From positions 1 to 49,252 of the forward strand of contig JAHLWZ010000589.1 in assembly GCA_020536535.1 (NCBI GenBank): a stretch of 49,252 nt of DNA, written 5' to 3'. The stretch's first letter is position 1; the number at the start of each line of letters is the position of its first letter. Source of the DNA: Pelomyxa schiedti. Lineage: Eukaryota > Protista > Evosea. Below the pieces are notes generated by a model. That model made no database searches, had not been told where the DNA came from, and saw only the letters and a list, made by a program, of their open reading frames with translations. Made by a program: the position numbers and the translations under genes. Shown in pieces: positions 1-11,922 of the stretch.

Positions 1-205
1 GAGAGACCCAGGTGCAAGGCAGGGTTGTTCCTTGATGTAGTGCGAACTAACAATGCACAAGTTAAACAATAAAAATTGATTTTCCAAAACCCCTGTGTTG
101 AGCCTTTGCAAAGGTCGCTCGAACAACGAAATTCGGCACTTAGGTTTTTTCCGGAAAAATGATGGGTCACCACTTTTCCGCCGAATTGCTTTTCCGTTTT
201 GTTTA

Positions 206-1170
206 ATGGATAGTGTGAAGTGCGTGTTGGTGGGGGACGATGGCGCGCATAAAACCAAATTGTTGATCACATATACTACGGGGGGATACCCAGGCGAATA
301 CTCCCCAACCGTGTTTGATAATTACTCAGTACCATTGGTGTGTGTGTCACTGTCGCGGTATTGAGTGGGGTAGAAGTAACAATGCAACCCTCTCAGTCAG
401 TTCTTACTTTTTTTTTTTGTTTTTTTCCTGACCTGTAATTTACTTATCTCTAACTCTGTAATGCACTGTCATTAGATCATAGACAGGAAGCCTGTCTCTC
501 TTGTAAAACTTTTTTTTTTCCCTTTTGTATTTTCTAATTATTTACGAAGGGTCTTTGGGATACAGCTGGTAGTTTTAAACATTCACTCCTTTTCTTTTTA
601 CATAAAAAAAAAACCCTACCAAGGCCAGGAATTTTATGACAGGTGTGAACCACTGGCTTTTATCCATCTGACTCAATTAGGCTTCGCCCTCTGAGCTATC
701 CTTGTACTGATGTTTTCCTATTACTGTTCTCTGTTGCTTCTCGGCCAAGCTTTGAGAATTTATTTACAAAAGTTGGTCTTACTTTTTTCTTATCTCTCTA
801 ACATGACTTAGTATTGGCCAGAAGTAACTCACCACTGCCCTAAAGCCCCCGTCATTCTTGTTGGTACTCATATTGAAAAGCGTGCCACCCATTCAAGCTG
901 CATAATGTATGTTTATTTTTCTTCAAATGGTTTCTTTTTAACCAATTTATGATAAGGTATGAGGAAGCAGTTGCCAGAGCAAGGGAAATAAATGCTGCCA
1001 GATACCTAGAGGTCTCAGCCAAACTTTTTCAAGGTCGTATAGGGTATTTTTCCCTGCACTTTCTTTATTGACAACTGATGAAGGTGTAAATGAGCTCTTT
1101 GAAGAAGGTAACCAGGGAAGCCTGGAATGTTTCTAATATTACAATAAGCAACCAGAGTCGCCATTGTACC
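206..1170 (+). other. Rac/Rho-family small GTPase-like domain (N-terminal part of the Roco gene; no stop codon, no CAAX)
   Basis: Spliced translation has the Rac effector loop [22 protein letters not shown] and YLEVSAK. The frame stays open through [13 protein letters not shown] into the exons leading to ORF 1580..2191. Confidence 0.85.
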
Positions 1171-4100
1171 ATCAATTGCTTCAAAGACCCACACTAAATC
1201 AGCATTTCATTTCCCTCTATCATCTAAACCGCCTGCAACACTCATGGAGTTGATTCAAGCATCCAAATTTTCACAAGCAATGTAATGCAATTCTTTTTCC
1301 AATTTACAGGAATCTAATCCTTCATAGCCAATGGATAGAGGAGAAAGGTGTCAACGAAGGTGATTTGAATAAGATAGCATCCGTAGTTGCAAATAGCAGT
1401 GACCCCCTTGCTGCAGAGCTAATATATCACCTGTAATTCCTTTCATCATGCGTAGTTAATCTTACTTCCAAAGATATGTCAAGTATTCACACAACCCGTT
1501 TTTCACTCTTCCTCTTGCACCTGGCGCTATTCCTCTACAAGAAGAGCAATGGACCCTGCTCCATTCCCATTCCCTGGCCTTGCAGTTGCTTTACTCCCAC
1601 TTTTCTCTTATCATTGCCAAGTATATTTTTCCCCTGTTTCGTACATCTTCCTCACTCCAACCCAGAACAGTAAAAGCTGCAGTGCCAACAGAGAAAGTGT
1701 CTTTGAAAAATCTTTCCCTTCAAGTTTTTTTCCTGCCCAAGGGCATACCAATGGACATATTCTTGAATATAAGAGAGCTGGATCTCAGCAACAACTTATT
1801 GCAATCTTTGCCAGCATCATTTTTCCCAGAAGCCAAAAAATTGACTCGGTTGGATCTTTCCAAAAATAAACTAAGGCAAATCCCTGCTGGAATTTCTAAT
1901 TTGTCACTTTTGGAGGTATTGCTCTCCTTGGTAGCAAGTAACTTTCTAAAAGTTTCATCTGAGGTACTTGACCTCTCTGGGAATCTGATTCAGGAAGTTC
2001 ATGATGGAGCAAGTACTTCTGAACCTCAGGGAGAAATATTCAAGTTGCCTGCTCTCATAGAGTTAAACTTAGAAAATAATCTCCTGTCCTCAATTCCCCC
2101 ACTTCTTGTCCAACTGGCACTTCGTCCCCGGTATCCATTCCAGCTTTCTATCCAGGTGTTTCAATTTATTAGTTTGACAGATTCTCTTTGAAACTCCTTG
2201 GCAATACAAGCTTACGAATTCCTCAAAGTACACTTCAAAATGCTGATGATCTCGTGCAGTATTTCATCAATGAGCTGAAGGGTAATTGCTTGACACGACA
2301 AATTCAACGAAAAATTAAACAAGACAGGTGAAACTATACCCTGGCAGACTGTTAAATTGGTCACTGTTGGCCAGGTAACTCGTCACCCCATAACGACCCA
2401 ATTGTGAATGTTTTATACCAGGAAAAAGTTGGAAAAACTACATTACTTGGTAAACTGCAAAACATCACCACTGATGGACTCAGTACAGATGGCATTTCAA
2501 TTGGAGAGCTTATTACGGGTTGGCTTTCTTCTTGCCTCACCTCAATTTATCCAATAACTAAACAGGGTCTACTCGCTTCAGTACTTGGGACTTTGGGGGT
2601 CAAGAAATATATTACCCAACACACCAGGTTCGTTCCTTTTTACAAAACTTCATTCAGGATTGACATACATAGTTTTTTTTAACTGGTTGTGCTTTATACT
2701 TGGTTTTGTTCAATATTAAAGAGGAGCAATCAGCCAGAGTCGAGTATTGGCTGAAACAAATTAGATCCCTTGCAAGCCACTCTTTCACACGAATCATTTT
2801 GGTGTGCTTTCATCACTTGGAGATATATTTAATGGTGATGCATCAGGTCGCCACTCACGCTGACAAATGGACAGAAGGAAAAAATTTATGTGATGTTCAT
2901 CTCAAAAGTCTTCTTAACAAATACCGCCATTATGGTGTCAGGGTATATTTTCTAACTCTAGAGTGCCTGCCACTAATTTCTTTATTTTTTTCTCCGAAGG
3001 ACATCGTTGCTGTTTCGTGCACTACTGGTGCTGGATTACCTACACTCCAGGCCTTGCTTATAGACCTCTCTTCACACCCAGAATGTGTCCTTCCCCACTT
3101 TTTACGTGCAATATCTAACTTCATTGAGAAGTTCATCGGCATGTCAATACAACATGGTGTCGCCTGGCGCAAGTGATTGAAAAGTCACGTGACTCTTGTC
3201 CACACATGAGATGGAATGAGTTTGTTGAACTGGCCAAGTGGGTTTTTTCCCCTTAATTCATAAGCTCTTGGTCCCTTCACTTATACTAAAAGTACATTGC
3301 AAGGTCATGTGGCTTTGAAGGGAATCTACAGCGTGAGTGTGAAAGTGCAGCCGCGTTTTTACATGAAATGGGAATCCTCCTTCATTTCAAAGATCCCTTG
3401 AGGTAAGCTTAATTTACCTCCACCTCTAATGTTGAATCAAACCAAGTGACCTGGGAAACATGGTTATTCTCAACCCACAATGGTTTCTCCTCTCCTTAAT
3501 TTTTTGATGTACAAACATCTACCAGGTTAGCAGACGTCATGGCGACCATCATGTATGTACTTTACTCCCTACCTTGGATGTAATTCATTATTTCAAGAAC
3601 CACCAAGGGGAACTTTGTTGCCAATAATGGAACATTAGATCATTCAAATTTAGTTCACATCTGGAAAGGGAAATATCCACTTGAAATGCATGAATCTGTA
3701 CTCACCTGGGTCCTCTTAAATTCTTTAATGTTTTACCATAGCTTTTACGCTTGTTATCATTCTTTGGTGTTATGTTTCCAATGCGAGTCACTCCACCCAA
3801 AGTTTTTCTTCCTGTCGCTGATAAACCGGCACTGACCCCAATTCCCACAGTCCCTGGTTCCATGTCTTTTAGATGATGATATTCCAATTGAATCAGTGAT
3901 GCGTGAATGGCATGATCTGTTATTGTTCCCCGCCACACTCATCTCCATAAAGGCCAAAGACTATTCCAAAAGGTCTATCAGAGTATTCACGCATGTACAC
4001 TTTTCCCCAGTTACCCTTGGGGTTCTTTGGTAGAGTTGTAGCTAGACTTCTATACCTTGACATTAACCCATTGGTTACAAAAGTCATTACCAGGAAGCAT

Positions 4101-7100
4101 CTCACACAGAAATTAACAGGTTCTTTGGAGATCTGGGATGGTTGCCAATGTTAACTCAGTGAATCGCGTAATTTCTCTTTCAAACTTCTCTTGTTTATAG
4201 CTATATTTCAGGCATTTTTCTTGTACACTTTCGCAGAATCATCTTCAGTCCATGCAGGTTTGAACCCTTTTTCTATGTCTCTCTTTGAAACATCCAATAG
4301 TGCATTCACTGTCAATCACACTTCGGTCGCCATCAAGACAAAGCACTGCTGTGGCAATTGAAATGGTACCAACATTCCCTCCTCATTTCCAACTAAGGAA
4401 TAGCGAAAAGATAACTGAAAGCATTGATGCAACAATAAATTGTTTCTATGAAAACGTCACTTCAGAAATGTCACACGTCATCATGTGCCCGGGATGCATC
4501 AAAGCAGTAGATGGTGTAGCACTTGTTAACTATGAAGACATTGCCATTGTAAAGAAGCCCACCTCTAGGAAATTTACTATATCGTCCATATTGAAAGAGT
4601 CAAGTGAAGCCAAAGCAAAAAATAAGCTGCTTCAGTAGTTCTCTTTGACCTATTCATTGTTAATCAGCATGCAGACAAGTGGAGCCGAGGATACCTGAGA
4701 CAAAAACCGTTGATGCCAGCCCACAGACCCCCCAGAAAACTGCAAACCAAACAACGACTGAGATTGTACCCAGCCCAAACATGCTACTCCCTGCCAGTGA
4801 AACAGATCTGTATTCAGATAGCACTGCAAATGCTATAGCATCAGAGGCACCCGTTTTGACACAAAATCCTGAGACCCATAATGTTACCCAAAGTGCTGCA
4901 GAATACTCTTCATCAGACACGACAACCAATCAAGATTATTCATCTGACCAGTTGCTCCATGAACACGGATCATCTTTGCCCTTACACACTCACAGTGGAA
5001 AACCTTCTAGGCATACACAAACAAGCGAAAATGAGAATAACCTTGGAGAAGATGATTCCCCTCATTCGAAGCATACACCTTCAAAGCACGATAGGCACAA
5101 AGATTCTGCATCTAAGCACAAAAGACACAGACATCATTTGCAGTCACCCCATCATCGACACTCTGCAACAACTGAGCACGGCATTTCTCTTCCTCAGGAG
5201 GCCACCGTCTCCACACCTACAACGGAACCAGAAAGTGTTGAAAGTAACGCCGAAGTTGTTGCAAGCCCCTTAGCCGCAACAACACCTATGGGAATTGCAC
5301 CTTCGCCACCACCGCCGGAAATAGTTTCTTCATCTTCGTCAGTTGGAGTTGGTAACATAGCAACAACACAAGTGGAGAATCCCCTGAAGGAGTACTCTTC
5401 GAAAAAAGCGGAAATCCCAGCTTCTGTTGCTTCACAATCTTCTCCAAAATTGAAACCAAAGAAGAAATCACCAAGTAAAACGGGCTCAGAAGAACTTGGG
5501 CAGCCTCACACATTCGTGTAATAATGAAATCGTCTACCAGGCTTTTTTCCCATGGTTTAAACTTGATAGGCTTGCTGATGTGATACGAAGCTTCCTCGGT
5601 GGATTTGATGCAATGGAGTGTCCTGGTGTTAAATCTAAGTGGACTTCAGGGGACACAGATAGAACAACAGATTACTCAGTGCGCCATATCCCTCACCCAG
5701 GGAGTTCTGTATTGTATGTTGAACTCTCTCAGTTTAATTACCCTACCTCCTTGTAGGATACAAGATTTGGCCCCTGAGGTGACTATGGGTATTTGCTTTG
5801 TTCTCTGCTCCTCTCCTCTTATTCTGATACAGGTGGTTTTACGATAATTAACAGTGGTATATTTCAGCATTAGCAGGAAACTGTGTTTTAACTCTCAAAA
5901 ATGGCAATCAGGTGCTGTGGCCTACAATCCAGCAACAGACAAACTTGGTGAAGGAACTTTCGCAAAAGTTTTTCGGTTAGTTTCCACTCCAGGCCCAAAT
6001 TTCACTTAATGGATAAGAGGTTTGTGGAAGAATAAAATTGTTGCTGTCAAAGAACTAAAAGGTAGAGGTGATGAATAGGGCTTGGTTTACTTATAATTCA
6101 TTGAAAGTGTCACCTGAGGTTCTCGAATCTCCAGATATTACCAAAATTTTCCTCGATTTCAAGAGTGAAGCAAGTTTGATGCAGACTTGTATGCCTCTTT
6201 CTTGTTGTCAAGACTCTAACCAGTACATTAGTGCACCACCCGAATATCGTAGAGTTTTTTGGAGTTATGTTAGATCCATTACGAATTGTTATGGGCTTAG
6301 TACCTGCTGGATCACTAGTATAGCACTCACTTAAAAATGATTTGTCTAAAATCACACAGGATAAACTTCTCCGTAAGGCTAAGGTGATGATTCCCCTTTT
6401 CTAGTTCAGAGAATAATAAAAGCAGGTAAACCCTGAACTTCTTCCAGTCAAGCTGCAAGTATGTGTCCTCTACACACTATAAATGACCCATCCAACAGCA
6501 AAGAATCATTCTCGATATTACTAAAGGATTGGCATATCTTCACACTCAAGTTATTCCGCTCCTGCGCTTCCTTGGCTCACCTTTATTCCAGGAACCACCT
6601 ATCATTCACAGAGATCTTAGAAGCCCAAATATTCTTCTTGAATCAGTGGATCCCAAGTGCACTTCTGTTGCCAAAGTGAGTAGACAAACTGGTTTAGTTA
6701 TGTGTTCTTCTATTTGTAGATTGCCGACTTTGGTCTCTCTGAGCGTCTTATTCCTCAAGCAAGTGGTTTACTTCTCACATGGCAATGGATTGCACCTGAA
6801 GGTGCCCTCTATTTTATTTCTCTTTCTCACATGCCCCAGCACTCGATGCCACTAATTGTGTCTATGATGAAAAAAGGTTTCCTCCGTTGATTGGGGATTT
6901 TGACTCACCTTCAAACAGTGATGTATACAGTCTTGGAATGGTCATACTAGAAACGTATGCACGGTCTCCTCCTTTTGAAGAGTTATGGGAATCCTCCCGT
7001 TTTTGCCGACGATTACCGGGAGGTCCGGAAGGTCACCCTGGTGTTCTAAATGTTATGTCAATCAAAGCTGCCATATGCAAAGTAAGATTCCGCATTTCTG

Positions 7101-8778
7101 GTAAAGAAAAGCAAACAAACTGGAATCTACAAAGGAAGGATTGCGACCTGTTGTCCCACATGAATGTCCCATTGAGATCCAACATATCCTTAGTAGCACA
7201 TGGGATCACAATCCTCAAAATGTTTGGAAGTGGAAACTAACCAACTACTTTCCTAATAACCTCCTCAGCGTCCCAGTACAGTATTGATACAGAAAAAATT
7301 GAATTCTTTATTTGGTGCAACACCTGATGTTACAGCCACAGCAATTCCTGTATCACGTCTTTCTTCTAATTTGCTTAATCCATCCCTAGAAGTCCGTTTC
7401 ACTGGCTAGATGCTCCAGAGTACTTGTTGATTTGCCCTTATCACACAGAGTGCGAATGCCATTTTTCCTTCCTGCTAATCTCTCTAGGCCTGGGCTGTAG
7501 TGTATACAGGGGATAACATATGGTTTGGAACAGAAAAAGAATTTTCCGCAGCTCCCCCCACACCACAAAATCCTGCTTCTCCTGCCTTGCGCAAGCTTAG
7601 CTCGGCTAGCTCATCAGCTCCCGAGAGTTCCGTTAATACGTTGGATGCTCTGCAAAGCACGGGCTATGCATGCATTTTTTCCCCTGACACACAAAGAAGT
7701 ATTTGCACCCTGGAGGTGCATAACTCGCGGCCATACAGTCTTCTTCATATGGGGTCAGGTGTCTCCAACAAGCTGATCCAATATTATCTTAAGAAGCACA
7801 GATATACTGTGTTCTAGTGAAGAAGGCCAGATCCATATTGTTAGAAAAGAAACGTATTTGGTGAAGAAGAAGGTACACAACTCTTTCTGGAGGGAAAAAG
7901 CAACACTCCAAACAGGTCGTGCCTCATGCTTCTGGCAGAATGATTAAATGCTTGACACCTGTAACAACACCCAATGGAGATTTTCAGATATGGAGTTGCT
8001 CACCAAGCTCTGAGAACGGGTAATAGCTAGTTCAATTCTCTTTTACCAATTGATAACAATAAAAGGGAGATTGCTGTCCTCAGTAGTACCTATTCCCTTA
8101 TCGGGATGATTGCTTTGGATCAGCCTGTGAATATTGCCTCTCAGGCACGTATATATTTTTAGTACTTTTCATGGTTACATTTCTGTAACAAAAGGTATCA
8201 CAAACTTATGTGTGGGCCGGGTGTTACGGACTTGTAATAGCAATCGATATCGACACCTTAAAAGTATATACATCAAGGCTACCAACAATTCACCTATACT
8301 ACAGATCACAGAGTCAATCCCACTCACATCAAGAGGTAAAGTAACCGGACTTGTTTGCTGTGCATCTACGCTTGAGTCCGTTGTTTGGACTGCATGTTCT
8401 CAAACAGTTCGTTTTTCCCTCGGCATTTCTTGTTTTATTCTTAGTTCCCCTTTATGCTCTTCAGGTTTTTGGTTTAGGGCTGAACAGTAAACAGACTATT
8501 TTCAAAATGGATTTTGAGGCAAATGTAACATGTTTGTATTCCTTTGCCGACCTCGTTCTGTGTGGAGATACCAATAGTCAAATAAGAATTTACTGTGTGC
8601 ACCTTCTTCTAATCCCTTGCACTAAACTTTTGCAAAAGCCTGTCATAAACACAACCTCGTACATACATTGGAGGGTTTCCCAAAGAAGCCTGTCAAAGCA
8701 ATGACAGCTGCAAAAGGGAACATGATATGGGTTGCATTCAACAGTACTGATAAAGCGCTGGTGTTTATATTCCAGTGA
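206..8778 (+). CDS. Multi-exon Roco-family protein kinase: Rac/Rho-like domain - LRR - Roc GTPase - COR - low-complexity insert - TKL kinase - C-terminal WD40/propeller-like region
   Basis: Manual splicing from ATG 206 gives [17 protein letters not shown]...[11 protein letters not shown]...[19 protein letters not shown] (Rho). It continues into LRRs ([24 protein letters not shown]), then Roc ([37 protein letters not shown]) and COR ([22 protein letters not shown]). The kinase follows ([51 protein letters not shown]). Last exon ends ...ALVFIFQ*, TGA 8776-8778. Confidence 0.9.
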
Positions 8779-8895
8779 AAGAGGACTCACTGGAGTGGGA
8801 ATTTTGTTGTTCCAAACAAAAGTGTATATCAAGAACAAAAGTTTTTTTATTTGAGAACTACAAGAATAGCCAATAACAAATAACACGGAGCAAGC

Positions 8896-9287
8896 TCAAT
8901 TAGCATGTGGGGGTTTGCGCTTGTTGAGAACCTCAGTAGCAACGCCATCAAGCTGTTTCTTGACTTCTACAAAAAAGTTAAAATGCTAATACTCTCATGT
9001 GGTTGTGATTTTTATTTAATAAAATAAAGTACTATATAGTACTACAAGAGTAATTATTTAAATTGATTTGTGAGGAGATTGAAAATAATTGTTATGTCAT
9101 TTGGAACGAGGGAATTACCAGGGGGCACGTTGCCGTGGGTTTCGAGTTTTGTTTGCTCCTGGTTCCACCTTACGCTCGCCGTTTTGTCCGAGTGGTAAGG
9201 CTTACTTATGGGTTCGGTCTTGCGTGTGAAGTAGAGGACGAGTAGCAGCACCGCGCATAGAACGAAAAAAACCCAAACTGGCACCAT
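8896..9287 (-). CDS. Small (~80 aa) protein with an N-terminal hydrophobic helix (single-pass membrane or signal anchor), hypothetical
   Basis: ATG 9287, MVPVWVFFVLCAVLLLVLYF... A GT-AG intron after ...GNVPP joins EVKKQLDGVATEVLNKRKPPHAN* (stop 8896-8898). Confidence 0.6.
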
Positions 9288-9382
9288 CTCCTTGTTGTGC
9301 TTTTTTGTTTATTTTATTGCTGTTACTGGTTGCTTGTTGCCCGTAGTTTTTTCTTTTTTTTGTCTGTTTGTTCTTGGTTTCC

Positions 9383-9540
9383 CTTGAAAAGCCTGAGCAA
9401 CTGAGACTCAGGATCTGTTGGCACCAGTCCCCAACGGGATCTTTCAAGCACAGCACGCAGTGGAATTGGAGACTGAGGGCCACCACCGCGCAGTGGACTG
9501 GGAGGCCCACAGACTGGTCAGCCGAATTCGGGTTCACTTA
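9383..9540. ncRNA. Candidate structured RNA element between divergent genes (family not identified)
   Basis: Nested complementary segments: CTTGAAA 9383-9389/TTTCAAG 9442-9448 encloses hairpins CCTGAG/CTCAGG (9392-9412) and ATCTGTTGG/CCAACGGGAT (9413-9440). A second stem is CTGAGGGCC 9473-9481/GGCCCACAG 9504-9512. Confidence 0.3.
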
Positions 9541-9558
9541 ATTTCGCCTAGTAGATAC

Positions 9559-11779
9559 ATGAAGGCGTACGAGGGCAGAGTGACTACGTACACGGGGAGG
9601 GGTGTTGGGCATCGTGGGGTCTCCGCGTGCACTGCGTCGTTGTTTGGAAATGACTACATTATATGTTGGGTTTTTTTTTTTTCGCCCCCTCCCCCCCCCT
9701 TTTCTTCTTTTTGGCTGGTTTTTTTTTAATACCTGTGCACAGTGATTGGTGGTGAGAATAAAAGCCACAATTTGAACTCGAAAGTAAGGCTGGTGAACAC
9801 GCGATCCTCTGAGGTAACTATGTTAGAGACTGCTGTAAATGAACTTGCTCCTTCCTGCAAATATGGACGTGGTATTTTAACCCCCGTCGCTATTCTAATT
9901 TTAATTGTTTTTTTTTTATTTTTAAGAGGTTGAAAAGCTACCCTTTGTCCATTTTTTTTTAATCATTACAAAGCTGTCTATGCCCTACAACAGCAAGTGT
10001 TTTATATTGGAGATATGTCCCCATCACCCAACTGTGTGTCGAGCCTGGACCTTGAAACTGGAGCCTGGGAACAACCATTGACTACAGGACCACGGCCACC
10101 AAAGCTTACAGGATTTTCAGGTTACAATTCCTTTCGACTACAACAAGCCTTGACACTCACCAAAAAGCTACCCCGATAAACACCCATGAAATAGCCCTTT
10201 TTGGAGGAGAGTGTCAAGGAGTTGCTACAAATGCAGTGTACGTGCTAAACACACAAACGATGGTATTCTAGAATTCTACTTTTCCCTTTTACAAAGTTTA
10301 AATAGGAGTGGAAACATTTAGATGTTCATGACGCCCCACCAGTTAGATACTACCATGCTGCAGTTCAAATAGATGAAAATACTCTTCTCATTCATGGTGG
10401 AAGGTATAACTCATAGGGTAGTTTGTTTAGTCACTTCTTGCATAGAACTGCTTCGCCTACCTCTGTGCGCACTATGAGCTCGTACTACCTAGACTGGAGG
10501 TATCCCTCTCGATGGCTAAGTGCCCCTCCCGCATTTGGGGAGTACAGTCGTGCTGGGCATACAATAGTTTCTGTATGTGGCGTACCAGTTATGTTTGGGG
10601 GCTGGTCAGGTGAAACTCGTCAAGGCAGGTAAGATTGTTAGCAGCATTCCTCTTGTCTTCACAAATTGCGAAGGGAGCACGGGGCTTTGAGTGACTTCTA
10701 TGCTCTTACAAATCCTACTGATTTATCCTCCGATTCCAAAACAAGATGGTGCAATATAACTCCAAACAAAGAAGTACTTGGACGAGACTGCCATGGAGCA
10801 GCTGTAAGTCTTGATACTTCTTTCATTTTTCGCTCATGATTCTACTTCAAAGTCATCCAGAGATTCTCTTTGGATTTTTGGTGGAACGGGGCCAGAATTT
10901 GAGTATTTAGATGACATGACTCGCGTTTCTGTGGGCAGAAACTGGTCAATTCCTCCTCTTACGGAACTGGCAGCTGAAAGAGTAGTCGGCACTTTGTGGA
11001 AAACTGACTCCAACAAAGAATTGCTGCAAAATATGCAAAATCTGCAACACCGAGTTACAGAGTGGAAAAAAGAAGTTAGTGAATGGACTGCACAACATGA
11101 AGCGGAGCCAATCAGGCAACTTGTGAATTTCTTTGCTGCTGTTGTGGCTGAAAGGACCATGCAAGACCAAGCAGAAGAACCAATGGAACAGGGCCCTGGA
11201 TTAGAAATCACACTTGAGGAAGAGCAAGATAATACAGACGAACCTCACGATGCAGATACTCTAGAAGATGAACAAAATGATGACAACGAGACAGTAGCAG
11301 ATGCCCCAAATGAGAACGCAAACACAAACACAAACCAAGTGCTGACTTCTTTTCGAGACGAACTGTACAAGTGCATCACAAGAATGTCTGAAGAAAAGCT
11401 CTTACAACAAGTAAAATGGAAGGAGGAGCAGCAACAGCATCAAAGGGAATTCACAACCATTATTTCAGATGGCTTGAGACACACAATGGACAAAAATTAC
11501 CCAGAATGCAGCGTCACCAGTGAGGTAATTACAGTGCTAGAGAATGTGTGGAAGGAAGCTTATTCAACAGCCATTCCACCAAGGCAAACACCTCTCGATA
11601 ATACCGAATCCTGCACTACAACAAGCACATCAACTAACAACCCAGAACCTCCCCCAGTCCCAATACCCATGGCGTACAATGCCCATGTCGTACCCATAAC
11701 AGGAATACCAGCACCAACACCTCTCACCACACAACAAACACCAACACCAACAACACAACAACAGAACACGGAGGTGTAG
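9559..11779 (+). CDS. Kelch-repeat beta-propeller protein with a BC-box-like motif and an acidic/T-P-rich tail
   Basis: Spliced Kelch repeats (IALFGG, VRYYHAAVQIDENTLLIHGG, SRAGHTIVSVCGVPVMFGGW, RDCHGAA, SLWIFGG) are followed by IPPLTELAAERV. The last exon is ORF 10811..11779. Confidence 0.8.
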
Positions 11780-11922
11780 GCACAATACAACCACCCTCAG
11801 GATCATGATACTGAGCCCAATAACCCAATGGAAAGCTAGTCTTGGCTGGGCTTGTCCAGTGGTGCCGTACACGTTCTAAGTGTGTAGATAGTAGGAATTA
11901 ATCAGTATTGTACAGTTCTATC

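Noticed and set aside
9381-9540. RNase P RNA (CCCTTGAAAAGCCTGAG and CCGAATTCGGGTTCACT resemble CR-I and CR-V) or a TPP riboswitch (CTGAGA, CCCTTGAA)
   Set aside because: There is no room for P1-P3 upstream (U-rich tract), CR-II and CR-IV are not evident, and the spacing is short. The TPP motifs are in the wrong order. Kept only as an unidentified structured candidate.
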